Shown piece after piece: positions 26,084-40,351 of a stretch of 64,000 nucleotides of DNA. The stretch's first letter is position 1. The number at the start of each line of letters is the position of its first letter. A program made the position numbers and the translations under genes. Origin of the DNA: Ptychomitrium polyphyllum (Eukaryota); contig OZ316776.1 of the NCBI GenBank assembly GCA_973851085.1, positions 930,001-994,000 of the forward strand, read 5' to 3'. The notes under the pieces are model-generated. The model saw only the letters and a program-made list of their open reading frames with translations. It did no database searches and was not told the DNA's origin.

Positions 26084-28543
26084 TTATTTCAAATTATTCA
26101 TTCAAGGTAGTCCAAGCAGCTCCTCAACAAGGCTATGGGTGGGTAACATGTAAATATAGGATGATCTGTTTGTCAAACAAATTTGTTATTACAGTAGTGA
26201 TTTGTCCAGTGATGCAAAGACTGAAGTTCACATTGAAGTGCATATTAAAAGTTCTTGTTGAGGTGTTCAAAATGGACATGTATTTATTTTGAAGATAGCA
26301 GTGGAATAAAAAACCTGGTGTTTTGAAGTCCTTTGTTATGTATTCACATGAACAACTTAAAATTTTTTTCTGTGATTCCCAAAGTCTTCCTCAAACATCT
26401 TCTAGATCCCCAGTTACTGGTTGTGGTTGCGCAGTGAAGCAAAAACAGATATTAATGTTTGTAGGAACTTTGATATGAAATGTATTTTCTTCAAACGTGA
26501 ATCACTTGAATAATTAAAAATGATAAGTTTGTATGGTGATTGAATAATTTTATTTTGGGGGGATTTATTTCTGCATACAATGTTTGATATACAGTGGCGT
26601 ACATACAGACACATTTATTTGAGGAGGTACATTAATTGGACGATGTGCATGTGTGATGGATGATGTGTATGTGTGATGGATGATGTGCATGGATGATGTG
26701 CATGGATGATTTGGAGAAAATCATCAAAAATGTTATTTGAAGAAACATTATGGTATTGATGTATAAATGAAAGTTGTAGATTTTCATAATATCCTTTAAC
26801 AATACTCAGTTTTTACCTTGGAATATGGAAGGTCATCAATGAATGACACCATATGCATGCGGATAACAAGCTAATACATGTAGAAGTTAGATGACTTAGC
26901 TCATGAATGGCATCAAAATTAAGGAAAACTTGTTTTTTGACAAATTGGAATGTACCTTTAGGGATGGAATGATATTTTGGAAAAGGATATTAAAGAGTCA
27001 CTAGAGAATGTTGCTATAAATTATAGTCATTGCTACCACCAATAAATTATTATAAAATTTGAAACTCTTTTAAGAGTGAGCAAGCCTTCAGGAAGCCTTC
27101 TTTGGCAAGAAATTGGACCGTTCTTGTCAGTGTGATATGTAAAGTGGCCCTTCAGTGCTGCCCTCTGGGACCATTTCCTCTATCACCTACTTCTGTGAAG
27201 CTCAAAACTTCTCAGGACTTGGCTTTCCTCTATACTAAATGAATTCACTTATCTGCTGCTTTTTGCTTTTGTTTGATTGTCCATAGGCAGCTCTGCAGTA
27301 AAGGTATTGTTCACATTCGACAATCAACTATTTACACAGCAAAAGGCAGTGATCGAAATTTGGAATTAGGACTCATTGTTTCAGACGTTTTTTCAATCAT
27401 GTCCATCTACCAAAGTTACTTTCTTTCGTATCTTGGAATTGTCATCAAGTCCACTGCTTTAACTTGCTTGAGAATTTTTTTGTGTCCAATGCTGCTTCAA
27501 GTTTTCTCTTTTAACACAAAAGTAATTATATTTATTAAACCGGCCATGTCATACAGTAGTACCTGCGCAACACTGGTTAAATTCCGAACTGAATAAAGCA
27601 TCCACTTTATTTAAAAATAATGATTCTGAACTGAATGCTGTGTGTTATTTTTGGTTTAGAATAAATGTCCATTTGTTTCAAAAATAAGATAAAATTCTGA
27701 GTTCAACATATCAAGTGAAGAATCCTAAGTACAGGCATTGATGGCAATAACATGGTGTATATCCTTCAATCTCTACCTGCCGGTAGGTGGGGAAAACAGT
27801 ATTCCCTGCCGAGTTAGTCTAAAATTTTCCACTCATCATCAGGGCTTTATTAAAAGTCTAGTCTCATGATCCAACAGACTGTCCCAAATGGCCTGTTGAT
27901 TCGCTGTGCGGTTTCAAAGTTTCAGCACCACAGGTCCCCCGTAATCAAGCACTCGAGCACCTCATCTACATGAGAGATTTCCCTTATCTGAAACGAGAAG
28001 AAAGGAGCCAGCCTTATAAGCAGCAATCAACAATAATTCGTTGAGTCAGGCTTTGTAGCCAACATATATACTGTACACAAACTACATTGCTAAACCTAAG
28101 AACAAACCATGCATGAGCCACAATACACGCGTAAGCTTTGTATAACCAATCTCTTGCAGTGTACCTCATTTACATTTTAAAAATACAGCCAACGCATTTG
28201 CTGGTAAATGCACAGTTGCTATAACACCCAAAAACACATGATGACCTGAGCAACTGTGCTCACAGTACATATCTCCCAAGTCGCTTCCAACCTGGCGAGA
28301 TATGATACAATACCGCTCAATTATATACAGATCCTGTTCCTCCATACAAGATAACACCTACACTCAAACTACCACTACACATCTCACAACTCCACTAAAT
28401 AGTTCAACTGCTACTCAGAGTGATTCTTTGCAAGAATATCTCCAAAACAGAGGATAGGGCTCCCACACACCTTGACAAGAGCCATTCTCCTGCTGAATGC
28501 CACATCAAAGCATCAAGTCTTGGCTCAACAAGGACTATAAGTA

Positions 28544-31500
28544 TCATGTGTCTTTTGTCGAGAGCTCCTGCAAAGTTGAGAAAATAATTTAACGTGAGCA
28601 AATATAGAGAACTATGGGGACTTGCATTCAATAAGCCATTAGCAGAAAGTTTACCACCCCAGTGTGAGATGCTGAGTGCTTGTAACATCCTCCACATTAA
28701 CAACATGAATCTTATAAATAAGGACATCAAGAATTTATGAGTCTCAAGTGGGGAAAGTATCATAAAACAAGAAGTCACTACCTTAAAAAGAAGGTCACTA
28801 GCCAAAGTGTCCCATGGCAATGACAAAGACATCAAGCAACACCGAAGTGGTAAAGGAGCATTTGGGTCGAGCCTTTGGTTGGCAGCTGTCATAGCCTGCT
28901 TAGCAGCGGTAGTTGCTATGCGCATTATGGAGCTGAACCCCGTTTTGACTACTGGACTCGAGGGTGATGGAGGTCGCCCTTGATGGTCACCAGCCTCGTT
29001 GTGAACTGTTGTTTACAAGCCAGTGTACCACGCGTGAGGAAGAAAATAAAACTATTATGGATTTACACTCGCTTCAAAACTTGCACACTACCTAGAGTCT
29101 CAAGTGGTCAAAAGTTGCACTGAAATAATATAGTTGTTTGAGGAAGGAGTTATCAGTCACCAGCGGTCTGCCATTCTCATTAAGCAGGTTGTCATAAACC
29201 ATCTATTTCTGACTAACATGCAATTGAAGAGCCGAGAGTTATGAAGGTCTTCTACATATTGCCTTGCAACAGAGAAGACTAAATAACAATAACTCAATAC
29301 AATTGCCTTAGCACCGATAGTACATACATGATCTTATTCCAGGTTACGTCAACATGTTTCAATGCAATCCAACGTGATATGGAGTCGGAATGGACACGCA
29401 TTTAAAAGGTGGATATGGTTGTACCAGGAACAGTAGACACGGCAACGTCCAGAGCACCGCGGCCTCCTGGACCTCGCATGATGAGGCGCTCTGACTTTCC
29501 CGAACCAGAAAGTTGCTGTAACAATCCTCCCAGCCGCATTTTACCACCTAAACTCTTTCCAGATAGGTACGTTAGTCGTCTAAAATCAGATCCATCTCAA
29601 CATTATCCCATCAAGTTTGAGAAAGAACCCCGCGTTGGATGTTATTAGATTGTTTAAGATCAATCACTTCGTTTTGAGATCGTGCTAATTAAATTGAGAC
29701 AGATAACCTATTAACTAGATGCAATATGCCAATTACTTCATAAGAAAGAGAATAAGAAATCACCTTCAAAAGCATTTCGAACCATTTCATAACTCACAAA
29801 TCCCGAAAACAATGTTATCTGCAACAGTAAAGATGACCTTTCAGATAGTTAGTGGACCTCAAATCAGATGCGACGGGTTCAAAGCACCTTCTAATATCCA
29901 GTATTTCACTGCAATGCAGTAAACGTTGACATGGTTGACAGGCAGATCATGCTCTGGAACCGCATACTGTGATCAAAAAGTATTTTCAAACTTTACTCTC
30001 TTTTGTCAACAGAAGTGCAATACAGTAGCTGATTGGCTATCATTTAAAACAAATAAAGTTCTCCCCAATGGAGATCACCAATGAAGTTCTATGATATCAC
30101 AGAAGCTAGTCATCAAGGATTCCAAATTATGACTGATCTACTGAGGTGATCCTAGCTCAACTCCAACCAAAGCAAAGATTGTACCTATTTCCACCACCAC
30201 TTGATCAAACCAATAGAAGAGAATGTGTTAAGTAGACGGACTTTTCCTTGAAACATTCCCAGTTATAAAGAGTGCAGTGACATCTTAACAGCATTTCAGT
30301 AAAAGGAAAAGACTTCATTAGTCAACTACTGTATTCAATTTCTAAGATGAATAGATCCAGAAGCACTTACTTTAGATGGCGTAACTTGTGCTTCACCACG
30401 GAACTCAGTCTTGGATTTAGGAAACAACTCAGGAGGAAGAGCAGCTCCTCCACGAGCGTTTAAGAGAACACAATAGCAGTGATCTGAGTCTGTTAATATC
30501 TGCACCAACATAATAAAAAGCATTAAAACAAAAAATGGTGTCTACAGTCACTTAAATATCCAAATGACAGCCACCTTAGCATACAAGGGTCTCCTTGTTC
30601 CAGTAATTTTAAAAAGCTAAACTGGAGCACTATTACATGGCATGGTCAAGGATTAACAAAACATTTGTTGTCCAATGATCCGTGCTTCTTTATCTGCAGA
30701 ACTAGAATAGCCTGTGCAGAACAGCAGTTTTGCAAACACATTCCGTCCCACATCAAAGTATATAATTTTAGTTGCTATATAATATCTAAACGACCAGACG
30801 TAATAATGACGCGCATAGCTTGGGTAGAGTATGTGCACTAATGGATTTAACATTCACTAAGACAATAATGCACAACTATCCTGAAGTACTGCTCTGACAG
30901 CATAAGCAATAATCGACAATGTGTGTAAATAATACCAAAACACATCTACAATTAACAATTATTAAAGAATGCACTGACCACATCTTCAAAAGTATTGTCG
31001 TAGTCGTCCACAACAAAACAGATGTTGGGGTATGCAGGAACCGTCTCAACTGCCTAATAATAGCACAACCACATTACAAACACAATATTGACTGGTCCCG
31101 TCAGATAAAAGGACATTTGAACCAGTCCTTCTCTCTTATCTGATTATAACAACAATGTGATCTAAACTGATACACATACCCATAACTAGATGAGCACATA
31201 AAGGATGTCTCACGTCCTGAAACCTGTAAGTGTTTCTAACCGACTATGAAGGAGCAGCACACGAAGTACACATGAAGCAACACATCTAAGTTCACTTAAT
31301 TGCTATTACAGTTTAACGAAAAGAAAACACAAAATGATCCAAATAGGCGATTTGGGAATAGAGCTACTGAATAAGACTAATCGTTATACACTCAAGAAAA
31401 ACTACTTTCAAATTGTTCACACAGGGCATAAGAATCTGGTATTGGTGTCTGATGTACGTTCCGAAGAGACATACCTTGGATCTAAAATCGCTTTGAAAAT

Positions 31501-34252
31501 TAGCACGACTAGGAGAAGCATAAACCCTCTTGGTCACTTTGTACACAGGTTCCAAAGGTGCATTGGTATCTTTATCTCGATTTTGCAGTCCTTGTCGACT
31601 GCAAAAGGTGCAAACAGTATGCAAGTCTTACATACTAATTCGAAAAGACAAAGACAGGAGCAAAAACTGCACAACGAAAGCACAACAGTAGAAACTGCTG
31701 CAAGGACGGTATTTGGTGCTCCATGTCCAACACTAAAACCCGCCTTAAACATTGAAACCCTAAAATCTTTGTAAATTTTGGTAACTCAAAAAACTTTGAA
31801 AACTATAAAAACTTGCAGAGAACCAAGAGAGAGAGTGATTTGAAAACAACTGCAATCTAATTATACTAAGAAAACCTACAGCAATTTGGAGGACTACTGG
31901 CAATTATAACAGGTATACAAGGATCTACATACCTGCAGATCGCCACTGTAAGAGAGAACTCTGTATGGCAAATTAGATTCAAATAGAATGACCGTTGCCA
32001 GTCCACCTGTCCGGTGTTGTTCCCTATCACCTTGACAAGCTGAACAGGGAACAAATTGCAGAATTAAGATGATTATTATATGTTAACTCTCTAGCTTAAG
32101 AATTAACGCAAATATGCGCGAAATTAAAGGCCCCAATGGAGTGAAAGAGGTGAACGGCGACACGAGCTGAGATTAAACTACTCACCTCAGGAGCCCACCT
32201 TCGTACAAAGAATGGTTCTCCCGATGGATCATCTGATTCTGAGGGATAGCTGTCTCCATATTGTAAGCTCTGCACCACATTCCGTTCATAGCTCATTCAA
32301 TTTCAACAGCATTTGATGATAAAAGCGTGCTCAGGGAAATTGCAGACTATCATATAGAAATCTTACGCATCATACCTTTATCAGAAGTTAGCCGTGAATT
32401 CAGCCATAGTATCTACTCGATCTCAGGATGCATAGATTCTAATGAAGTCTAGAAAACCTCAATCAAGTAACTATTAGCCTGTAAGGCAAAACTTACTTTC
32501 AAATAAAGCTATGTAAAACATAGCATAGGGTGGCCTAGATGGAAATTCAAACAAAAATACCAACCATGCCATCGAGTTACTCCAGTCTACATCATGGCTC
32601 TGAGCTGCTATATCACTATACACCCGCAATCCCTATAATATACTGGGTCAATTCTTGATATTGGCCAAGCAAATACAACAAGACGCAACAACTTGCTATC
32701 CTTGGAATGATCTCAAACATGTTCCATCTTGCAGAACTCACCAGGAGGCGCACAAAAAATACAAGATCATCATCGGACTTCTCCTCTTCTCGATCAGCTA
32801 TACCACGGACAAAGAAGAGGTCAAGAAGTTCACACCAAAATTGAGGATCAACTTCTGCATCTTCGTTCGAAAGCTGCCCGATTGATGATGAATGCTTTCG
32901 GACAATGTTGAGCAGCTCTACCCTGCAAGAATAATTATGCAAGACATAAAAATATGCGCTCCAGGAATCCAGCATTTTTATGCCAGAAGATGGCGTCATA
33001 TTTCTAATTGCAGAAGTGCAATAAAATTGTAGGGTTTAAATGAATCGAGCACCGAGAAGGCGTCGCAGTAGCAGACGACGGTGAAGCGATATCGAGACCA
33101 TGCCTTCTAATGTTTTTCTCTTCTTCGGTTTTAGATTTCCTGCAGCAGAAAGATTTGTAAAAATTAGAACATGTCAAGCTTCAACACTGTGTCGAGAGAA
33201 TAATGGACAGAATTAAGATAATTGCAATAGAAGCCAAAGTATAAATTCGAAAGAAAGGGAGAAGAGAGGAGAAATGAGGCGTAACTAAGTTACTGAAATG
33301 GCTGGAAAAAAAAAACAAAGCGTAACTAAGGCAGATACTCAGTACATTACTTTCCCCTAATAGCTCACCAACACTAACTTTACACTCAAGGGTAATATAA
33401 CAAGTTAGGGGATTCCTATACTATGGATGGAAACCGAAAACTAAATACTTTTACCAAGAGCAAAGGTATAAAAGCTAATCATATTGAGGACTTTTATAAA
33501 CATAGTCGGTAAAAATATTCATCTTGTGTAAAAAGTTGTAACATTTAAAAATAAATTAGTGCAAGTGTCACTATTTAGGAAAATTAATGTAGACCATATT
33601 TCCAAAAAATCACTATGCCAACATAACACTTCAGAACTAATGCTACGACAACCTTCCATTGGAATCTACATTGTTCATGTAAAGCTAGACTTGTTGACCA
33701 AAATGTCATGCCATTTAGGGCCGCCCTTGCAGTAGTTCTAGAATATTATGAATTTTCAAAACGGTAAGGCTTATTTGTAACAATTACATTGTAACCTGAC
33801 GAGTTGACACTCATTTCTATTGCCATTGACGATTAAGGACAAAACGACCACAACGCGGTGGAAGACTTAGTAGGTATCTTGCAGCTGTGAGTGTATGACG
33901 ACTTTCCTAAAACCATAAATATGGAGCTTAATTGCCTCGTGAAGGAACCACAAGAAGGGTGATTATGCTTACGATAGGACTGTGGCATTGACGTGGTGCC
34001 AGTCTCCTTCATCTTCGTCAGCTCCTCCCGCATCATGCCTGCTACACAGATATACTTGAGTGGCGCGATGCAGAACAAGCAACATCAATATTTAAAAGGA
34101 ACAGTCCATATTACGTCAACAAATATCAAAGAAGTGGAGCCAAACTGCAAGACAAGCTCTCTGGAGGCCGCTTGAACTTATTGTGCCTGTCGACTACAAG
34201 GAGAGAGGGGACGAATAGCTAACCTGTACGGACGTCCCGAGTTGAACGCCAT
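28544..34252 (-). CDS. DUF2045 / KIAA0930-like conserved uncharacterised protein, ~437 aa
   Basis: 13 phase-consistent GT-AG exons: 34252-34224, 33139-33053, 32922-32742, 32632-32561, 32269-32186, 32039-31933, 31598-31475, 31053-30979, 30499-30371, 29818-29764, 29547-29425, 29005-28782, 28567-28544. Motifs: FWCELLDLFF, DDLVFFVR, PFFVRRWAP, VDWQRSFYLNLICHT, KVTKRVYASPSR, YPNICFVVDDY, TLFSGFVSYEMV, MRGPGGRG, LRCCLMSLSLPW. The last exon and the exon-4 donor are less certain. Confidence 0.9.
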
Positions 34253-36205
34253 AAAAGGACGCTTTTCCTGTTTCCAAAAAGCGTAATCCCCGAGCGCGAT
34301 GAATTCTCGCCCTGTCCTATATTTTGTCACTCGACTTATCTTTGGAGATGTTCAGCTGCACAATTGAATGAATCACTTAAAAATGACAAAAGTAGAAAAA
34401 TTCAACAACAGTAAATCCACCTAAATACGTTTCACCGTAAAACATAAAACAATGTCTCTTGCTAGTCACTACTCATCAAACACAGTGCAAGCAGAGGATC
34501 CACTAAGCTATATACAAGAACTGACAACCTAAAGAAAAAGAGAGAGAGGCTCAAATTGGCTCAAACGCTTTGTCAAACTACCTTGAAATCGCAGCAGAAG
34601 CAAAACGATACGCGCAATGCTCCACGTGACCTAAAATAAGTTCTTACAACAAACTAGAGCGCGCAATATCTCCTTGACACGCAAAAACCGATTAAAAGAT
34701 AAAACAAACGACCACCTACACGGATCACCAAAGCCCTAGCCAATGACACTTCCTCAGACCTTATAACCTTCATAAAAACCAAAACTACACAGACAACGGA
34801 AACATGCCCAAAGAAGCACCTTCGCAGCTCATAGTACCAAATCAAACACAGGAAACAATCCCCTTAACTCTCGTCACCGCAAAGAAAGTGCTCACGACCT
34901 CCGGATTCCTCACAATTCATATCCTCAATCACTTCCTACGAGAAATAAAACACGTGAAACTCTCACTCGCCTCACAAAATCGCCTCCAATTACACGCGCA
35001 CATCAACTATCGCAAGAAGATCAACGCATCGCCTCTTCAGTGTAAAAGGCTATCACAGCGACGGAGTTGTAACGTAAAAGAAACAATCGCTGACACAAAA
35101 GAGACGAATTCTGACTCGATTCATAGCGCCAGAGCACGAGATTTTTCCCGTGAGTGCGTGCGGGCAGTTTCTTCCACAGGAAAGACGCGAAACATCGTTG
35201 GAGTCGCCGGTGCGGCAGCAACGGAGTTGCGATGTGATATGGACAATGACTAAACGAAGAAAGCACCTAAAGACACCTTGAGTGACGATTTCCGACTCGA
35301 TTAGGAGCGCCAAAGCTCCAAATCTCGTCCCGTGAGCGCCTGTGCGCCTCGAAACATCCACCGACGAAGCCGCGAAAGAGCGTTAGAATCGCTGTGCCAG
35401 GGCTGTAACTCGAGATGAACAACGACTGACACAAAACACCCAAAGGGACACATTCTTACTCGATCTGGAGCGCCAGAGCCTCAAAAACCTTCGCGTGAAC
35501 GCATGCGCCTCCCCACTTCGCCACTCAGGACGGGAAAGAACGTCTGAATCGCTCGCACCGCAGCGATGGCGGTCTCGGAAGCGAGCGGAGCGCGCATCCT
35601 CCCGCTTGCATTCTCCGACTCGTCCCTCACAACTGAGATCCTGCAAAACCAAGTCGAACCCTCGCTCCACTGTTCCCTAGCGTTCCCTTCACGTGTTCTC
35701 TAGAATTCTCCTCATGTTCCTTACACATCCTGGGCGTTCCTAACATTCCTTGATGTTCCCGAATGGGAGTTTCCGTTTCCAAGCGATTGTCATGTCCTTT
35801 CAGTGTGAGCTGTGGTTTTTGCCAACTTGGCGCCTTGGCTCCTCTAGGTTGGTTGGGGGTCTGAAGGTGTTGCCACATGGCGCTGTTGGATGCCTCCGTG
35901 GAAAGGTGTTGGTGGAGTTGCAAAATAGGAATCGTTGAATGGACATTTTCTACATTGCTGGGTGCTGCTTTGTAGTGGTGTGAGTGCGTCTGAGCTGGTT
36001 ATGTTTGTCGTGGGCATGATTACCATGAGAGTGACATAAGTTCAGTGTAATTTGGGGGTGTACAGGCCATGTCACCACTTCCTCTGCATGTGAGAACCAT
36101 TTGATTGTATAGACCAATAGGGTTTATTTTCAAGGACTTTTCTTATGTGGTAAGTTCTTCAGAGCATGTATGTTATTCTATAGTAGAATGTTGCATTGTT
36201 TGAGA

Positions 36206-36275
36206 ATATTTGTAAGTTTTGTATATATTTGTAAGTTTTGTATATATTTGTAAGTTTTGTATATATTTGTAAGTT
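36206..36275. repeat. 19 bp tandem repeat, ~3.7 copies
   Basis: ATATTTGTAAGTTTTGTAT repeated. Confidence 0.9.
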
Positions 36276-37046
36276 AACATGTGTCATTTTCTTGTGAAAT
36301 AAGTATTTAGTGACAAACTTACATACTTTTACTTTCATTCTTACTTTAGTACTGTTACTGCGTGTAAAACTTCAAAACTCCACTACAGTTTGTTGGACTT
36401 GCAGGTATGATGGTGGAGTCTTGGAGATCATATTGTGAACTAGTGCCAAGAACTTATATGATTTTATGCCAGCATATCAAATCTCAGTACTTGCATGAGC
36501 CTATGCATCAAGAATCCAAAGACAAGAGTTTGAATTCAGGTGGGGTTTTGCGGTGGTATCATCCATATGGGAAAGTTGGAATTGTGGTGGAAAGCTGAAA
36601 GCCAAACATTTGCTAAGATTGGAAAATAGGTTTACAACACCCAATCAATTGCAGCTCATGGCACTCCAATTCTCTTTGTGCCTGGACCCATGAGTTTGAA
36701 ATGTGGTGAGCATGGGCCAGCTTCAGTTCACATGTAGCTAAAGTCATCATGCATTAAGTGATCATAAAATATATGGACTATTCCTGAAAATTTTAAAATA
36801 GCATGCCTGTGTGATTTATGTTAACTGTGGTTAGTTTCAATTAGTTTTGTTAACTATAAGAAGGGAGAAAGTATAACTTTTCAATCCATCATCAGTTCTA
36901 CCATACCTATTGCGTACCATTCCGTGATTCAGGGTTTAACTTTGTAAGCACCAGAAACAAATGCTTCATGAAAAAGCATTGCAAATTCCAGTAAACACGT
37001 AATTACAAAGGCCGTTTCACACACAAGGCAAGCAAATAATTACACC

Positions 37047-38130
37047 CTAACACATGGATATGGATATTTTAGGTAGTGAGAAGATGGGAAGACATGAAAA
37101 TAACAAAATTGAGGAAAAAATTCTACCATGGACCAACTCGTGTGTTGCTATACCAAGAGCATTCCTAAAAATGACTTCACAGGAGAAGACTTTTCCACAA
37201 TAATTGCAGTCACGCCGTCCAGAGAAGTGATGTCCTGTTGCATTTGAGAATGTTTTGGAAGAAGTGTAGATCTTGGAAGGTTGCCTTGGGCCACAACTTA
37301 TGCCTTGCAGACTGAAGTCTCGAGGTTGTTCATTGTACAGGGTATGTCTCGAATGTGACAAGGATGATTTGGAAGCAGACTAAGTAGTCTGTTGCATGTG
37401 CTTCCGTTGGGAATCTTGTGATTGATGGGAATGGGAGCCATTGTTTCATTCACAACATGCTTCACTTTGCTGTACGAGATTAGTTTCGTGTTCCTATCTA
37501 TCTATCTCATGCACTCTTCTTCAGTCAAAAGCAGAGGCTTTTGCTCTTGGATGTTGTTCAAACCATCAGCTGCATGAAGCTTCGTAAGCTCCTGCAAGAA
37601 GCTCATGAAGCTCTCCTGGTTGCTGGAGTTCATCTTCAGCTGTTTCCTGTCTTCTTGAAGTGCACCCTGTTCCAGTATTCCTGGTTTCTTTGGACTGTGT
37701 CTCAATGCTAGAGCATACTGGCTAATCTGTATAGTTTCTTGCTTGCAAGCCTAATTTTCTGAGATTCCGTCATCAGAATCTGAAATAATTTCGTCTCACA
37801 CAGTTAGTGGCTTTCTTTCTGAAGATTGCGTTTTGTTTTATTCAACAGGAGCTGTTCCGGGACTGTTCTGATATACCTACGACGAGGTGATGCACCGAAA
37901 CTCGGGGAGGACTTGTATCCTGGCCTGCTCGGTGATGGGATCGTTAAGCGAATCTTGATGCTAAGTGTAATCCATGGAGAGAGGAATAGAAGTCTCTGCT
38001 GCTCAGAGCTGGCGTCTGAGGTGGATGAGTCGCCTTCGAAGGTTCACATTCCAACTCTCTGCGGTTTGTAATTTGAGCATGGTTGTCTCCCCCTGTCTTT
38101 GCTCGTGATTGTCTTGTCCTGAAACTGCAC
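37047..38130 (-). pseudogene. Decayed coding sequence ending in a C2H2-zinc-finger-like motif
   Basis: After a TTTACAG acceptor (~38131), protein-like frames are broken by isolated stops and frameshifts and end in CNYCGKVF-SCEVIF-RNALGIATHELVH. Confidence 0.35.
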
Positions 38131-38306
38131 CTGTAAATTTTAGGTCTTTGATGCAGAACATCTACTTCGAATCGGAGGCAACAACATTTTGGTTATCATG
38201 TATTCCAATGATATGTGTGTGATCAAGTTCTACGGAACATAGTTGACAATAGCCTTCAAAGGCATTGCAATTTGAGAGAATACAAGAAACAAGTAGGGTG
38301 TATATA

Positions 38307-39945
38307 ATGCTAAGGGGAGCTGCTGAATCCGTGGCACTTGTGTTGTGTATCAGCACAAATGTAGGCACATCACTGATGACCGTGGTGCTCTTGAGCTTCT
38401 TTACCCTAAAGTGGACGGAGGTTATAAGTGTAGCAAATTATGCATACTCTAGTGCAACGTTTAGTCCAGAGAAGCAGGCTGAAAATGATGATGGATTCGG
38501 CTTCGGCATTCTTGGAGTTCCTTGGTGCCGGTAAATGAAATGACCACTTTGCTTTTCCAGCTCTTGCAAGCATCCAGCTGACATATCTTGTTTGCAATAC
38601 TTATTTGATTGCATTAACTGCAATCTAGGTCAAGGACAAACAACACGGTGAAGTGGAATAGAGCTGTACTTCTTCAAGAATTATCGATATTTGCAAAGGT
38701 TTATGAGACCCGACCTATCATCAACAATGTAAATGGAATGGGTTTTGACCATTCTTTTGGATTGTGGTTCATTGCACGTCAATTGCAACCTATGCTAGCA
38801 ATTGAGAGCGGAGTGTTTAAAGGTCACTCTACATGGATTCTTCGGCAAGCCTTACCTAATGTGCCTATAGTTGCATTGAGTCCTCGTCACCCAAGACATT
38901 ATGCCAAAAAAGGATTTACATATGTTGATTCTAATTGCCAGTACTTTACAGGAAAAAAGTTCATTGACTTTGAGCGCATTAGTTGGTATTCAATATTAGC
39001 TAAATATAAGGTTGAAGATCCTTCTATGGTGTTGGTTTTTTTTGATGATCATCATAATCATTTGAGACGGTAAGGCTTTCTTATTGCAAGGATTTGTAAA
39101 TTTGTTGCTTGGAATGTACTTTACTTGATGTTTTTGTTTAATTTATAAAACTTCATTTTTAATAAAGATGAATAAATACTAAGCTTGACATTTACCTCTA
39201 GTCATCTAAATTGAACCATCTACTAAATTGAAATGCAGGATTGAGGTTGCACAAAAGTTTGGCTTTCAACACTTGGTATTTGAAGACAATTATGACACAG
39301 GTACAGGCGACCATTATTCAATGCGCCAAATTTGTGACCAGTATCATGTTTATGGTAATTTATCTACACTTTTTTCTAAAAAAGATCTTTATATATACTA
39401 GAATTGTTGTACATTATATAATTTTTGTAATTATTAGGCCTTTTATAAGGTCATGTTTCTTTCTAAAAAATATTTAGACTTCAATTCTTTGATACTTTTT
39501 ATGATTAGGTGGAGGACATGATTGTTCTAATGAAAAAGAAGAAATGCAAATCCGGAATGAAAGGCAAGGAATTTGGAAGAAAGCTGTGAATATGAGTGAA
39601 CTTTGTGGAAATGATAAGGAGTGGTGGGGTATACAAGGCTATATTCAAGATGACTTTGGCCATAGTTATAGAAAGATTCCGCATTCTCAACACTTTGAAA
39701 ATGGACGATTCATTGAAGATTGCCTTGATATGTATTGGGAGGTTCCTCCAATAGCAAGCCCACTTCTTACAAACCAAACCCGTTATGACCCTGCTCGAAC
39801 TGTACTTCCACTCTTGTTTAGCAAGGACAAAGGCATCTTCCAAGAATTTGGACTTCAAAGTGTTCCAAGAAATGCCTTCAACGGTTATACACAAATGGCT
39901 TATGTTAAACTTTTGCTAATTGATTCCAAAAATGATTTGTTGTAG
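38307..39945 (+). CDS. Conserved plant protein (resembles At3g16200) with N-terminal hydrophobic anchor and SAM-methyltransferase-like motif, ~405 aa
   Basis: Exons 38307-38530, 38629-39069, 39239-39354, 39509-39945 splice in frame. Motifs: LGVPWCRS, YETRPI-NN-GMGFDHSFGLWF, IESGVFKGHSTW, FFDDHHN, HLVFEDNYDTGTGDHYS, YWEVPP, FNGYTQM. The start codon is uncertain (38307, a later ATG or an upstream exon). Confidence 0.85.
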
Positions 39946-40351
39946 GTTCAAGGGACTTCCAAAGATGGATGCTCAAATTGTAAACTTTGTTTCAAGAAGG
40001 TTGTAGTTGCTATGGCGTTTTGTACATAGTATGTATTATTGTACAACATTGGTATAGAAAATTATTATAATCTTAGCTATATATGCAATGACTAAGGTTT
40101 CTACTAAGATACAATGGTATTGGAATTATTTTATAAGTGAAAATTACATTGGAGACTTCTAATGTCATTCCTTTGTTATAATTCTATTGACAAAACATTG
40201 CTACAAGATGATCCATTTTCAATGTTATGATGTGTGAGCATCTATTTACATGGCTGTGGCATCATGTGGAATTTGCTTATTTAATCACACCATAAATTCT
40301 TTAGCACAACAAGTAATTATCCTTAAATCATACAATTAACTTCTTTATTAA

